In this document: positions 1 through 11,355 of the stretch, piece by piece
Layout: every line of letters begins with the position of its first letter
How positions within the stretch are numbered: the first letter of the stretch is position 1
Origin: Octopus sinensis
Taxonomy: Eukaryota
DNA length: 64,000 nt
Assembly: GCF_006345805.1 (NCBI RefSeq)
Contig: NC_043021.1
Coordinates: 13,392,001-13,456,000, forward strand
Direction of reading: 5' to 3'
Position numbers and translations under genes: made by a program
The notes under the pieces: generated by a model
Database searches by the model: none
What the model was told of the DNA's origin: nothing
The model's input: the letters and a program-made list of their open reading frames with translations, nothing else

Positions 1-168
1 TGCACGTTCCCACAGCTTTATTGACCGCATTCTCACCTGGAATCGATTTTGTTATTTTTCCAAATACCATCGGTATCTACATATCAAATTTGAGCGCAGT
101 CGGATGGAGAATGCTTGAGATCCTAGAAGACACACACACACACACAGACAGAACGGATTTTATATAAT
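1..168 (+). mobile_element. 3' end of Helentron-associated (HINE/DINE-1-like) non-autonomous element
   Basis: Ends ...CAAATTTGAGCGCAGTCGGATGG...(CA)n CAGACAGAACGGATTTTATATA, the microsatellite-plus-TTTATATA terminus typical of this class. Truncated by the window edge. Confidence 0.5.
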
Positions 169-171
169 CTC

Positions 172-561
172 TCTATATATAAAGCTGAGGTTGTCTGTGT
201 ATGGCAGGTTTGGTAGCCTTCAACTAACACTATCTCCTCTGAGACCCTGTGGTGCAAGTTGACCAAAATTGAGAGTATGATAGAAGAAAGCTTGCTCTTC
301 CTTCCGTTGAAGAAAAAATTCAGATAGGACCATGTTAAGACCAAAAATTATTTACATCAAAAAGGTGATTTTTTTTCTATGAAAATCCCTAATTTTTACG
401 ATTTTTTTACTGCTGTGTCACCATTTTTCGGTGTATTTCAACCAGAAAAATGTTCACCTAAAGAGAATAACAAGCTACATAATGTAAAATTTTTACTTTT
501 CAAAAATTCCAATTCTAAAGGGTCGAAACAAACCCGAGCAACACCGGGCGATACTGCTAGT
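172..561 (-). mobile_element. HINE/Helentron-like non-autonomous element, copy 1
   Basis: On the minus strand starts ACTAGCAGTATCGCCCGGTGTTGCTCGGG (subterminal hairpin) and ends CAGACAACCTCAGCTTTATATAT. Colinear with 63315-63690 in the opposite orientation. Confidence 0.6.
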
Positions 562-914
562 AGATAATAAAAAAGAATTTTGATAAAATAAGTTTGTCTT
601 TATTAAGCTGGTATTTGGATGATGAGTTAGCATGAAATTTTGATGGCAGGCTTTAATGTAGATTATTTAACCCTTTTGTTAGGGTCTTACTTCAGATCAT
701 TTTAAAGCATGCAGTTTATATCATAGATCTAAATTTAAATCTTCCACCAGCTTATTCTTCATTATTTTCAAAGTTAAATTAAACAAAAAGCAGCACATTT
801 CAACAGAAATATGATAACAAGATGGTTAAAGATACTTTCCTCCCTCAGTTCCAACCAATCTCGGAAGTTCTGTAGAGGGTCATTGGCACAAATATCCCTC
901 TTGTGTATAAGATT

Positions 915-1110
915 GACTGCGACCATACTGAAGCACTGTCTTTTAGTCAAGCAAATCGACACCAGGATTTATTATTTAGAAGCCTAGTACTTATTCTATT
1001 GGTCTCTTTTGCCGAACTGCTAAGTTACGGGGACATAAACACACCAGCATCAGTTGCCAAGCGATGTTGGAAGGACAAACACAGACACACAAACATATAC
1101 ACACACTTAC

Positions 1111-1145
<35 letters not shown>

Positions 1146-1322
1146 CACGCACATATATTACGATGGGCTTCTTTCAGTTTCCATCTACCAAATCCACTCA
1201 CAAGGCTTTGGTCAGCCCGAGGCTATATAGTAGAAGACACTTGCCCAAGGTGCCACGCAGTGGGAATGAACCCAGAACCATGTGGTTGGAAAGCAAGCTA
1301 CTTACCACACAACCACTCCTTT
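915..1322 (-). mobile_element. tRNA-derived CORE-type SINE (family A)
   Basis: Reverse complement of head GGAGTGGTTGTGTGGTAAGTAGC...GGTTCATTCCC, CORE-like CCTTGGGCAAGTGTCTT, internal (TA)n(TG)n and the shared tail. About 20 copies in the window. Confidence 0.85.
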
Positions 1323-1944
1323 GCCCTTAAATAAATAAATAAAATCATGACTTATCTAAAGCTGTTTAACAACAATGCCAACATAACTCTGGTTGTTAGA
1401 CTGAGTCTTCTTCATAAAATTATTGAGCCAGGATGTATATAACAAAATTATTGAGCAAAGATGTATATAATAAAATATCTTGTTAAAGAAGACTATAGAA
1501 TTTGACTTATCAAAGCTGAATTTCCATCTCACGACTTAAGTTTCATGTCATTTCAATCTTTTGGCAAGAGGTTACAACTTGGCTTTCATGGTATATTTAT
1601 ATTCATTGAAGGAATTGTGATCTCATACCTGTGCTTGTTCATTGGTTTGTAACAGTTCTCACCTAAAGATCACAGTGGCATGAAACTAAAGTTGTGAGAT
1701 AGCAATTCAGTTTCGATAAACCATGAACTCTACAACTTGCATCAAGCACTCCTCTCTCATTCATCTGACAAATTTCAATATTGGTTTATGTGTGTGTATT
1801 CATATATATGTATATAACAAACTAAGAAAAGAGATTCTGTGTGGTCATTCAACATCATATAAACGGCAGCTAACCGGCCCTCAAAGCACTCACTGCCATA
1901 TTTATTAAAAGACACACTGAACAATGTATTTTCTCTCTTGCCTC

Positions 1945-2272
1945 CCAACCACATGGTTCTGTTTCAGTCCCACAGCATGGCACTTGGGCAAGCGTCTTCT
2001 ACTACAGCCCTAGGCTAACCAAAGCCTTGTCTGTGAATTTGGCAGACAGAAACTGAAAGAAACCCATCATATATATGTGAGTCTGTGTCTGTGTTTGTCT
2101 CCCATCACAACCACCACTTGACAACCGGTGTTGGTGTGTTTACATCCTTGAAACTTAACTAGACTTAAAAAAAGACAAAACTAAGTCCTGGGGTCAATTT
2201 GACCAAAGGAAATCTTTGCAAAGAGGTGCACCAGCATGGCTGCAATCAAATGACCGAAACAAATAAAAGATA
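1945..2272 (+). mobile_element. Family A SINE, diverged
   Basis: CTTGGGCAAGCGTCTTCTAC core through the tail CAGCATGGCTGCAATCAAATGACCGAAACAAATAAAAG. Confidence 0.75.
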
Positions 2273-2420
2273 CATACTAAAAAACAACAAAAAAGGCAGG
2301 ATGGTCACAGTTGGACTGCCTTTGATCATCATTTCTTCCTGACCATGACTAACCCATGGGGATGAACAACAACAACAAAAACAGTAGCAATATAACAGGT
2401 AAGACAAAAAAAATACTTAC

Positions 2421-2470
2421 ATGCTTAGAAAAAACAGAATAACACTAAATATAATTGCAATGATATCCAT
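2421..2470 (-). CDS. Putative first coding segment of an unidentified secreted or membrane protein (MDIIAIIFSVILFFLS + 2 nt, phase-2 donor); gene continues beyond the left edge
   Basis: ATG at 2470-2468 (AAT ATG G context) with an in-frame stop upstream, 16 mostly hydrophobic codons, then AT|GTAAGT donor at 2420. Confidence 0.55.
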
Positions 2471-2600
2471 ATTAACGAACTCCAGTAACGAGACAAGGAC
2501 ATTTGTGATATAAATTTATGTTGTTGTGGCTGTCGTTTGTTCTATCTTGTCTGTCCTCCCTGTTGAAGACTCCTATTTTGACAATGATCGTTATTGATAA
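2421..2600 (-). other. Putative spliced exon (180 nt: 5'UTR plus start codon)
   Basis: Acceptor cattcatttttaattgttcccattcag| at 2601 and donor |gtaagt at 2420. Unique sequence between repeats. All three frames contain stops, consistent with a UTR-containing exon. Confidence 0.65.
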
Positions 2601-2769
2601 CTGAATGGGAACAATTAAAAATGAATGTAATCTTTGCTTGAATATGAGAGAAATGATTGGTTAATCCAGTACAACACAATAGAAAGAGAGAGAGAGAAGA
2701 TAGATTTAGGGTAACTTTAATCTTGACTCATCATCAGACAGTTATAATAATTTCACGTGCACGTGCACA

Positions 2770-3392
2770 AATTTATATACACAGATACATATACAGACAA
2801 ACACACACTCATATAGGTATACATACACACATATATATATATATACATACATATATATATACATATATACATATATATATAATATATACGTACATCTACA
2901 CATACATGCACACATATATACATACACACACTTATAATTACATACATACACATACATATATACAAACACACACTTATACATACATACATATACGCACAAC
3001 ACACACACATATATATACATATACACACTTATACATACATACACAAATATATATATATACACCACACATATATATATATGCACACATTTATATATACATA
3101 TACACAAACACTTATACATACATACATACATATACATACACATATACACACAACACACACACATATACATACACACACACGTATATAAACACACATACTT
3201 ATACATATATACATATATATACACACAACACACACACACACACATATATATATACACACACTTATACATACATACACACACACATTTATACATACATATA
3301 TACACGCATATACACACAACACACACACACACTTATACATACATACATACATACACATGCATATATACACAAACACACACATGTATATATAT
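2770..3392. repeat. Compound (CA/TA)n microsatellite
   Basis: Degenerate CATA/CA/TA runs. Source of the spurious H/T/Y/I-rich ORFs. Confidence 0.95.
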
Positions 3393-3417
3393 TCTTTTAT
3401 TCATTTACTCTATTACT

Positions 3418-4135
3418 TAACACACCGGCATCAGTTGTCAAGCGACGGTGGGAGGGGGGACAAACACAGACACACAAACATATATATATATTCGAGGGGC
3501 TTCTTTCAGTTTCCATCTACCAAATCCACTCACAAGGCTTTTTTAATTGGCTCGAGGCTATAGTAGAAGACACTTGCCCAAGGTGTCACGCAGTGGAACT
3601 GAACCCAGAACCATGTGGTTAGTAAGCAAGCTACTTACCATACACCCACTTCTGTGCCTAGAAATGAAATTATTGTGCACAGTGCTCAGGTGCACTACAA
3701 CTCATCAAAGGTGCACACACTGTGCATAGAATTATGGACAAATGTCAGGAAAGTGAACAGTATATGAGTGATGATATATATGTATGCATGGTTCCGGGTT
3801 CAGTCCCACTGCGTGGCATCTTGGGCAAATGTCTTCTGCTATAGCCCCGGACCGACCAAAGCCTTGTGAGTGGATTTGGTAGACGGAAACTCAAAGAAGC
3901 CCCTCGTATATATGTATATATATATATATGTGTGTGTTTGTGTGTCTGTGTTTGTCCCCCTAGCATTGCTTGACAACCGATGCTGGTGTGTTTATGTCCC
4001 CATCACTTAGCGGTTCGGCAAAAGAGACCGATAGAATAAGTACTGGGCTTACAAAGAATAAGTCCTGGAGTCGATTTGCTCGACTAAAGGCGGTGCTCCA
4101 GCATGGCCGCAGTCAAATGACTGAAACAAGTAAAA
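3418..4135. mobile_element. Two family A SINEs in inverted orientation (3418-3660 minus, 3787-4135 plus) flanking a CR1-type 3' tail (~3665-3775 minus)
   Basis: Family A motifs on both strands. The middle GTGCACAGTGCTCAGGTGCACTACAACTCATC is the reverse complement of the tail at 18540-18572. Confidence 0.8.
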
Positions 4136-4147
4136 AAAAAAAATACT

Positions 4148-4487
4148 CTGTGACCCCCTTTGGTCATGAATGACGATGGGATTGCACCTAGAAAGTTACC
4201 CTTCCAGGTACAAGTCTGGGCAAGGTTGTTTATGGAAGACCAGCAGTCGCCCATGCATACCAGCCTCCCCTCTCCACGCCACTGATGTTATCCGAGGAGA
4301 AAGCAAAGGTTGATACAACTTGGCACCAGTGATGTCGCAGCCCATTTCTACAGCTGAGTGAAGTGGAGCAACGTGAAAGAAAGTGTCTTGCTCAAGAACA
4401 CAACACGCAGCCTGGTCCGGGATTCGAACTCACAACCTCACGACCGTAAGCTCAACACTCTAACCACTGAGCCATGTGCCTTCACAT
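4148..4487 (-). mobile_element. tRNA-derived SINE (family B)
   Basis: Minus head GAAGGCACATGGCTCAGTGGTTAGAG...GAGTTCGAATCCC (A and B boxes), then TTCTTGAGCAAGACACTTT. Relatives at 6292-6738, 8185-8455, 35924-36250, 48545-48872. Confidence 0.8.
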
Positions 4488-4680
4488 ATATAAATACATG
4501 CATACACACACACACACACACACACATAATTGAAGCACAAATAAAGGTTACAAACCTCATTGAGGGATAGCAAAATCCCATAAAAGTACAGGTTAGTAAC
4601 CTATACAATAAATATTGAACAATACAGTTAATACTCAGATAACTATATAAACCATGGTTTATATATATTTATTTATTATA

Positions 4681-4848
4681 ATAAGATGAGAAAATAGAGA
4701 GATAATTAATAAATTATTATTGATTAATTAAAAAATTAACGAACATCTGGTCATGGGAAACAAGAAGAGGGTTAGCAACAGGAAGGGGTGTTTGTTAATT
4801 TTTTAATTAATAAATAATAATTTATTAATTATCTCTTTATTTTCTTAT

Positions 4849-4853
<5 letters not shown>
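4681..4853. repeat. AT-rich fold-back (67-bp arms, 39-nt loop) abutting (TA)n
   Basis: 4681-4747 is the reverse complement of 4787-4853 at 62 of 67 positions. Confidence 0.85.
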
Positions 4854-4886
<33 letters not shown>

Positions 4887-4888
<2 letters not shown>

Positions 4889-5195
4889 CACGTGATCACG
4901 TGACCGACCAGGCCATCAGATGTTGCTACACATCGCTGGTCACAATGCGCTTCGTATTGTTTTAGCCTTCAGATGACGCCACCCCGCTGGCTAAGCGAGC
5001 AGACCAACAGAAGAAAGAGTGAGAGAAAGTTGTGGTGAAAGAGTACAGCAGGGATCACCACCACCCCTGCTGGAGCCTCGTGGAGCTTTAGGTGTTTTCG
5101 CTCAATAAACACTCACAGCGCTCGGTCTGGGAATCGAAACCGCGATCCTGCGGCCGCGAGTCCGCTGCCCTAACCACTGGGCCATTGCGCCTCCA
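4887..5195 (-). mobile_element. tRNA-derived SINE, CpG-rich (young) family B variant
   Basis: Minus head GGAGGCGCAATGGCCCAGTGGTTAGGGCAGCGG...GGTTTCGATTCCC, tail ...GGTCGGTCACGTGATCACGTGA. Body is shared with 44668-44780. Confidence 0.8.
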
Positions 5196-5641
5196 CACAC
5201 ATATATATATATATGACTGTGTAAGTGTGCTAAAAGTGTATTTTCATTTACCTAGTTAGATTTGCAATACACGCGGTATTCGGTTTATTTATTTATTTTA
5301 TTTTTTTGTTATCTGCTTATCAGAATGACAGTTGTATAACTGGTAGCACTGGGCTGGTCGGGCCAACCTAGTTAACCTGAATGAACACACCTGATAGGTA
5401 AAGCTGACCTTGCTCACCTGGAAACTCTGGGGTATTTCTGTTCAGCTGCATGCCATTGCGGTTTGTATGTCTCCAACAATTTAAGAGAATAATTAATAAA
5501 CTATGAAAGGAATTCAATTGACAAAAGTTTTGTCGAAACCATTCTTGCTATGGATGTATGTATAAAGGCGAAGTAAAGACGATATAGAATATATAAAAAT
5601 TTGCATGATATGCATTTTGGTATTTCTATACAACAAAAACT

Positions 5642-5677
<36 letters not shown>

Positions 5678-5690
5678 GCATTTATATATT

Positions 5691-5730
<40 letters not shown>

Positions 5731-6291
5731 CACATATATACAAATATATAGATACATAAATATATATATATACATATATAAATATATATATAGATACATA
5801 CAAATATATATATACATATATTTGTATATATATACATATATACAAATATATATATACAATACAAATATATATATACATATACAAATATATATATATATAC
5901 ATATACAAATATATATATATATCCACTTATATGAATACATACAAACACACACACACACACACACGACACGAAGATTAAATTTACATCCATTTGAATGAAT
6001 GCGTGACAAGGTAACAGAATACAGATTAAAGAGATAAAGTACATCAAGTAGGTGGACACAACAGACATGATACCAGGCCAAGAGTAGCGAGGGAGCATTT
6101 GAACAGCCCTTTAAATGAGATAACTGCGAATTGTGTTAAGAAGTTCCCATTGCAACCGAATAATGATGGGTATGGCCCTATTGCTTGACATACCAGGGGA
6201 ATTTCACAGTAGGCCTTTGGTTGACCAATAGCATATGAGGGGTAAATATATAAATATTGTGCAGATGCCTACCATTTATACATATATATAT

Positions 6292-6738
6292 AAGATGCCT
6301 GTCTCTGTGGTTAGAGCATTGGGCTTACAATCATGAAATAGCGAGTTCAACTCCCAGATCAGGCTGTGTGTTGTGTTCTTGAGCAAGACACTTTATTTCA
6401 CATTGCTCCAGTTCACTCAGCTGTAGAAATGAGTTGCAGCATCACAGGTGCCAAGCTGTATCGGCCCTTTTGCCTTTCCCTTGGATAACATTAGTGGCAT
6501 GGAGAGGGGAGGCTGGTATGCATGGGCGACGGATGGCCTTCCATAAACAACCCTGCCCAGACTTGCACCTTGGAGGAGAACTTTCTAGGTGCAACTCATT
6601 TCTACAGCTGAGTGAACTGGAGCGATGTGAAAATAAAGTGTCTTGCTCAAGAACACAACACACAGCCCAGTCCAGGAATCGAACTCACAACCTTGATTGT
6701 GAACCTGACGCTCTAACCACTGAGCCATGTACCTTCAC
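6292..6738. mobile_element. Family B SINE (plus, 6292-6593) fused to an inverted partial copy (minus, ~6590-6738)
   Basis: 6340-6435 and 6590-6690 are reverse complements. Confidence 0.75.
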
Positions 6739-6745
6739 ATATAAA

Positions 6746-6983
6746 TGCAGGGTTGGCCAAAAGTCACCTGACAGTAAATCAAAACCATTTAATTCCAAGA
6801 TTGATTTATGCTTAACAACTGAATGAATTTAGTAAAAGCATCTAAATATGAAAAATCATGAAAATAGTTGAAACCAAAGTCCTTCTTGAGCGACACATTT
6901 TTTCCATTGGAGTCAATATAGAATTACATATTGTATTTGTGGCATTTTGCTTTACTGTCGGGTGACTTTTGGCCAACCCTGCA
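6746..6983. mobile_element. Tc1/mariner-type MITE (238 bp)
   Basis: TIRs TGCAGGGTTGGCCAAAAGTCACCTGACAGTAAA / TTTACTGTCGGGTGACTTTTGGCCAACCCTGCA (1 mismatch in 33) in a TA-rich context. Confidence 0.85.
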
Positions 6984-7087
6984 TATATAGGTATATAAAT
7001 AGAGAAACAAAAACCACTTGATATCCTTAGGATTGGTGCAACCTTGGTGTTCTAGACATCTCATGATCTAGCTTTCGTTATTTGCAT

Positions 7088-7995
7088 TCATCATCATCAT
7101 CATCATTGTTTAACGTCTGCTTTCCATGCTAGCATGGGTTGGATGGTTTCACTGAGGACTGGCAAGCCAGAAGGTTGCACCAGGCTCCAATCTGATCTGG
7201 AAAGGTTTTCTACAGCTGGATGCCCTTCCTAACGCCAACTACTCCAAGAGTGTAGTGGGGGCTTTTTATGTACCACCCGCACAAGGGCCAGTCAGGCAGT
7301 ACTGGCATCGACCACGCTTGAATGGTGCTTTTTACATGCCTCTGGCATGGGGGCAATCAGGCAACACTGGTATTGACCACTCTTGAATGGTGCTTTTCAC
7401 ATGCCACTGGCATGGGGGCAATCAGGCGACATTGACATCGACCATGCTTGAATGGTGCTTTTTACATGCCACTGGCACAGGGGCAATCAGGCGACACTGG
7501 AATCAACCACGCTTGAATGGTGCTATTTACATGCCACTGGCATGGGGGACAATCAGGCGACACTGGCATGGGGGACAATCAGGCGACACTGGCATGGGGG
7601 ACAATCAGGCGACACTGGCATGGGGGACAATCAGGCGACACTGGAATCAACCACGCTTGAATGGTGCTATTTACATGCCACTGGCATGGGGGACAATCAG
7701 GCGACACTGGCATGGGGGACAATCAGGCGACACTGGCATGGGGGACAATCAGGCGACACTGGCATGGGGGACAATCAGGCGACACTGGCATGGGGGACAA
7801 TCAGGCGACACTGGCATGGGGGACAATCAGGCGACACTGGCATGGGGGACAATCAGGCGACACTGGCATGGGGGACAATCAGGCGACACTGGCATGGGGG
7901 ACAATCAGGCGACACTGGCATGGGGGACAATCAGGCGACACTGGCATTGACCACGCTCAAATGGTGCTTTTTATGCGCCACCAGCACGGGAGACA
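7088..7995 (-). mobile_element. RTE-clade LINE 3' UTR with expanded internal minisatellite
   Basis: (CAT)n, then TTTAACGTCTGCTTTCCATGCTAGCATGGG...CTGGATGCCCTTCCTAACGCCAAC. The same tail is joined to an RTE ORF remnant at 33965-34700. Confidence 0.8.
7539..7942 (+). repeat. 26-bp minisatellite GGCATGGGGGACAATCAGGCGACACT (4 + 10 perfect copies) within 65-bp units
   Basis: Unit starts at 7539, 7565, 7591, 7617 and 7683-7917 in 26-bp steps. Confidence 0.95.
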
Positions 7996-8668
7996 GTCAT
8001 GTGGGGAATTTGTGAATATACAATTACATTGTATAATGTTGAGTAAACATGTTAATGCAAAACAAGTAACTGTAATTTCTTCCACACTGAAATTATCACA
8101 ACATGAAAGCTGTGAAACAGCTGTAATCCAAAGGCTGTCAAGTGGTTAAATGAATATATTCACCTCTCATACCTCCTGATATTTTATGGTTTGTACCACA
8201 TGATTATGTGACCAACCAGGCTATCAGATGTTGTTACACATCGCTGGTCACAATGTGCTTTTGCATTGTTGTAGCTTTTCAATGATGCCACCTCACTGGT
8301 TAGGTGAGCAAGCCAACATACCCCCTGATCAAAAGGGGGGCTGGAGCAATGTGAAATGAAATGTTTCACTCAAGAACACAATGCCTTGCCCAATCAGGGA
8401 ATTGAACACACGATCTAGTGACCATGAGTGCAACAGCCTAATCACAAGGCCACATGTGCAACAGCCTAATCACAATGCCATATCTGCAACAGCCTAACCA
8501 CTACTACTCATGAAATAATTTCATCGATTGGATCTTCTGGATTTCTGCTGCATTGACACTCTATATTACACTTCTTTGTACTGGATCACTATGTGGTCTG
8601 ATAGCCGAGTCCAATAGAGGAGCCTTATGTGATAACCACATGATTCTCTTCTGAATCCATATCTTATA

Positions 8669-8718
<50 letters not shown>

Positions 8719-9599
8719 AAGACAGACAGGCAGGCAGTGTGTGTATGTATGAGTATTAAATGAGGTTAACACTAGTGGGTAATGCATACCAAACATATAT
8801 TTTAGAAGATTTTCATGACTTGTTTGAATTCATCCTTTGTCTTACATTTTCATATTACATTTCCTATGGTCATTGTCCATTGAGTAGCTTATCAGCCCAT
8901 TTCATGATTTCTTCTCAAAATATCACATTCCATTAAAATTCTTTCACTCAATTAATTCATTAATACCTTTAATTAACTTTAAAAAAAAAACAAATATAAA
9001 AAGTTGTGTGAAACTCAAGATGGACATTAATACGACAGGGAAAGGAGTAAGTCACTTATGTTTGAAAGCAGAGATCGACGTGGCTATCAATCTCATCATT
9101 TGCGTTTGAACATTTAAAACACATCCACAGCTATGGTCATATTTAAACACACCTGTATGTACAGGTATTTTTAATACATGCATCTATAGGTTCAGGTATT
9201 TTAAAACACACCTGTATTTTACTTGTTTCAGTCATTGGACTGTGGCTATAGGGTCAATGAAATATTTACCAGTCAAACAACAGTAACCTGCCCCTCCCGG
9301 AAAATTTCAAATCATGTGACTATAGCTGAAAGGATTATAATAATTGATAATTATTAAATTGGTGTTTGAGAATGCAAACTGGTTTTAAATTTTGGCACAA
9401 TGACAGCAAATTTCCTGGGAGTTGGGTAAGTCAATTACATCGACCCCAGTGTTCAATCTGTATTTATTCTATTGACCCCGTAAGGATGAAAGTCAACCAC
9501 AGTGGAATTTGAACTCAGAACCTAAAGATAGATAAAATGCTTGCTAAGCATTTTGCCTATCATGCTAACAATTCTGCCAGCTCACAGCTGATTGGGAAT

Positions 9600-9963
9600 C
9601 ACTAACGTAGCTAGAGTATGTGCCGCCAGGGGTGGCTCTTCTGTTTGCTACCCCAGGACCCCACAAAAAAAAAATACATATTTATTTCTTTATTGCTCAC
9701 AGGGTCAGAGGGGACAAACAAGGACAGACAAAGGGATTAAGTTGATTACATCGACCCCAGTGCGTAACTGGTACTTATTTAATTGACCCCGAAAGGATGA
9801 AAGGCAAAGTCAACCTCAGTGGAATTTGAACTCAGAACACAAAGGCAGACGAAATACCACTAAGCATTTCACTTGGTGTGCTAACGTTTCTACATACAGC
9901 AGACCCAAAGTGCTGCCCAGGATGGATCACCCCCTACTGCCTCCCTCCCTAACTATGCTAGTG
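9600..9963. mobile_element. hAT-like MITE carrying a nested family M SINE (~9680-9890)
   Basis: TIRs CACTAACGTAGCTAGAG / CCCTAACTATGCTAGTG. 8-bp flanks TTGGGAAT (9592-9599) and ATGGGAAT (9964-9971). Confidence 0.7.
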
Positions 9964-10752
9964 ATGGGAATGTAAATTAAAACCAAATTTTTAACTTAAA
10001 GTGCTTTCAAAGAGAAAGTTTGTATTGTATAACCAAGAGTGGTCTTAGACAGGTTGTTATCAGAGGAGTTAAAAAAAGAATGGCTGAATTAGATAACAGT
10101 TGGCAGAGTCATTAGACTTTGCTAATTTACTGTCAAAATAACGATCAGGTCATTTCAATTGGCTGCAAACAAAAGGAGAAGGGAAAACAAAAAAGAAAGA
10201 AAACAAGGAAAATTCAAGGCCTTGTGTGTTAAAATTAGAAATAAGTTATTCAATGAACTTGGATATGGTGTCAGTTGTAACAAACTATACGACCTCATGG
10301 TACCAATTTGGAAGTCGTCGGACAGGGCCTGATTGTGAGCTAAGTATTCTTGGCAATGGTAACAGAAGCTTAATGCCAGTCATTGAACGAAAACAAATGA
10401 TTGACTCTCTCAATGCTACCCTGAAAGCCAACCAATGAAATTCTGCTGACTACACAAAAGACAATACAGACCGGTCGTCTCTTATTTTAAACTCGAATTT
10501 GGGCTAATGCCCGGGGAAATACTTGTCTTCACAAAACTTAACAGGAGATTCAACTCACTTGACTATTATTGTATTTTTTTGTTTCTTTATTTTGAATTTC
10601 ATCATTTTTTTTTTTGTAATCTATGAGCTAATGAAGGAGCCACAATCCGGTCGTTCAACTTGCTAAAAACAAAGCAGTGAAATATCCTTTGTTCTTTCTG
10701 CAAAAATATTTGTGATGAAATATACCACCTAGGTATTTCAGTTGATTTCTTC

Positions 10753-11020
10753 AGGAGTGGCTGTGTGGTAAGTAGTTTGCTTAACAACCACATGGTTCCG
10801 GGTTCAGTTCCACTGCGTGGCACCTTGGGCAAGTGTCTTCTACTATAGCCTCGGGCCTGACCAAAGCCTTGTGAGTGGATTTGGTAGACGGAAACTGAAA
10901 GAAGCCCGTTGTATGTATGTATATGTATATATATATATGTGTGTGTGTTTGTCCCCCCCAACATTGCTTGACAACCGATGCTGGTGTGTTTACATCCCCG
11001 TAACTTAGCGGTTCGGCAAA
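10753..11020 (+). mobile_element. Family A SINE, 3' truncated
   Basis: Near-consensus head and core, stops at CGGCAAAA where a different element begins. Confidence 0.85.
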
Positions 11021-11021
11021 A

Positions 11022-11355
11022 GTTGTGTTTGTTTGTATGTCCATGAACAAGATATCTCAAAGAACCACTGGATGGATTCAAATGAAACTTTCAGGGATAT
11101 TTGGCCTTGTGACTGGCATGAACTGATTAGATTTTGGGATCGGTACGGTACTGGACATGGATTCTGGATAATTTTTCTAGTTTTTTTACTTAATTTCTGA
11201 GAGCGGTCAGGTTCATTTTTAGTATTCCCATTTGTGAGAACAGTCAAGTTTATTTCACATATTCTCATTTTAAAAGTCATCTCTGGCTGACCATTGAGAG
11301 GACGTTGGTGTTGCCATGGTAGAGGTTTGCACTCTCAGAGTGCTCTTGTTTAGTT
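11022..11355 (+). mobile_element. Helentron-like (HINE) non-autonomous element
   Basis: TGTTTGTTTGTATGTCC...GATATCTCAAAGAACCACTGGATGGATT...; 3' end GGTAGAGGTTT plus hairpin GCACTCTCAGAGTGC then TAGTT. Confidence 0.6.

Noticed and set aside
1625-1700. Minus-strand splice-like motifs (CAG|GTATGA, TAG|GTGAGA) as the next coding exon
   Set aside because: The candidate micro-exons give immediate stops when joined in phase 2 to the 2421 donor.
2657-3622. 321-aa ORF and the many other long H/T/Y/I, C/V/M, L/S and poly-P/T/V ORFs (e.g. 11629-12467, 14436-15619, 19316-19858, 57924-58815)
   Set aside because: They are translations of microsatellites or SINEs, open in several frames and on both strands, with no splice signals or domain content.
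5120-5195. tRNA gene
   Set aside because: A and B boxes are present but the acceptor stem does not close and the sequence continues into a SINE body. The same applies to all family A, B and M heads.
7539-7942. Regular 26-bp repeats as a CRISPR array or repeat protein
   Set aside because: Units are contiguous with no unique spacers, no cas genes are present, the context is eukaryotic, and the array lies in a LINE 3' UTR.
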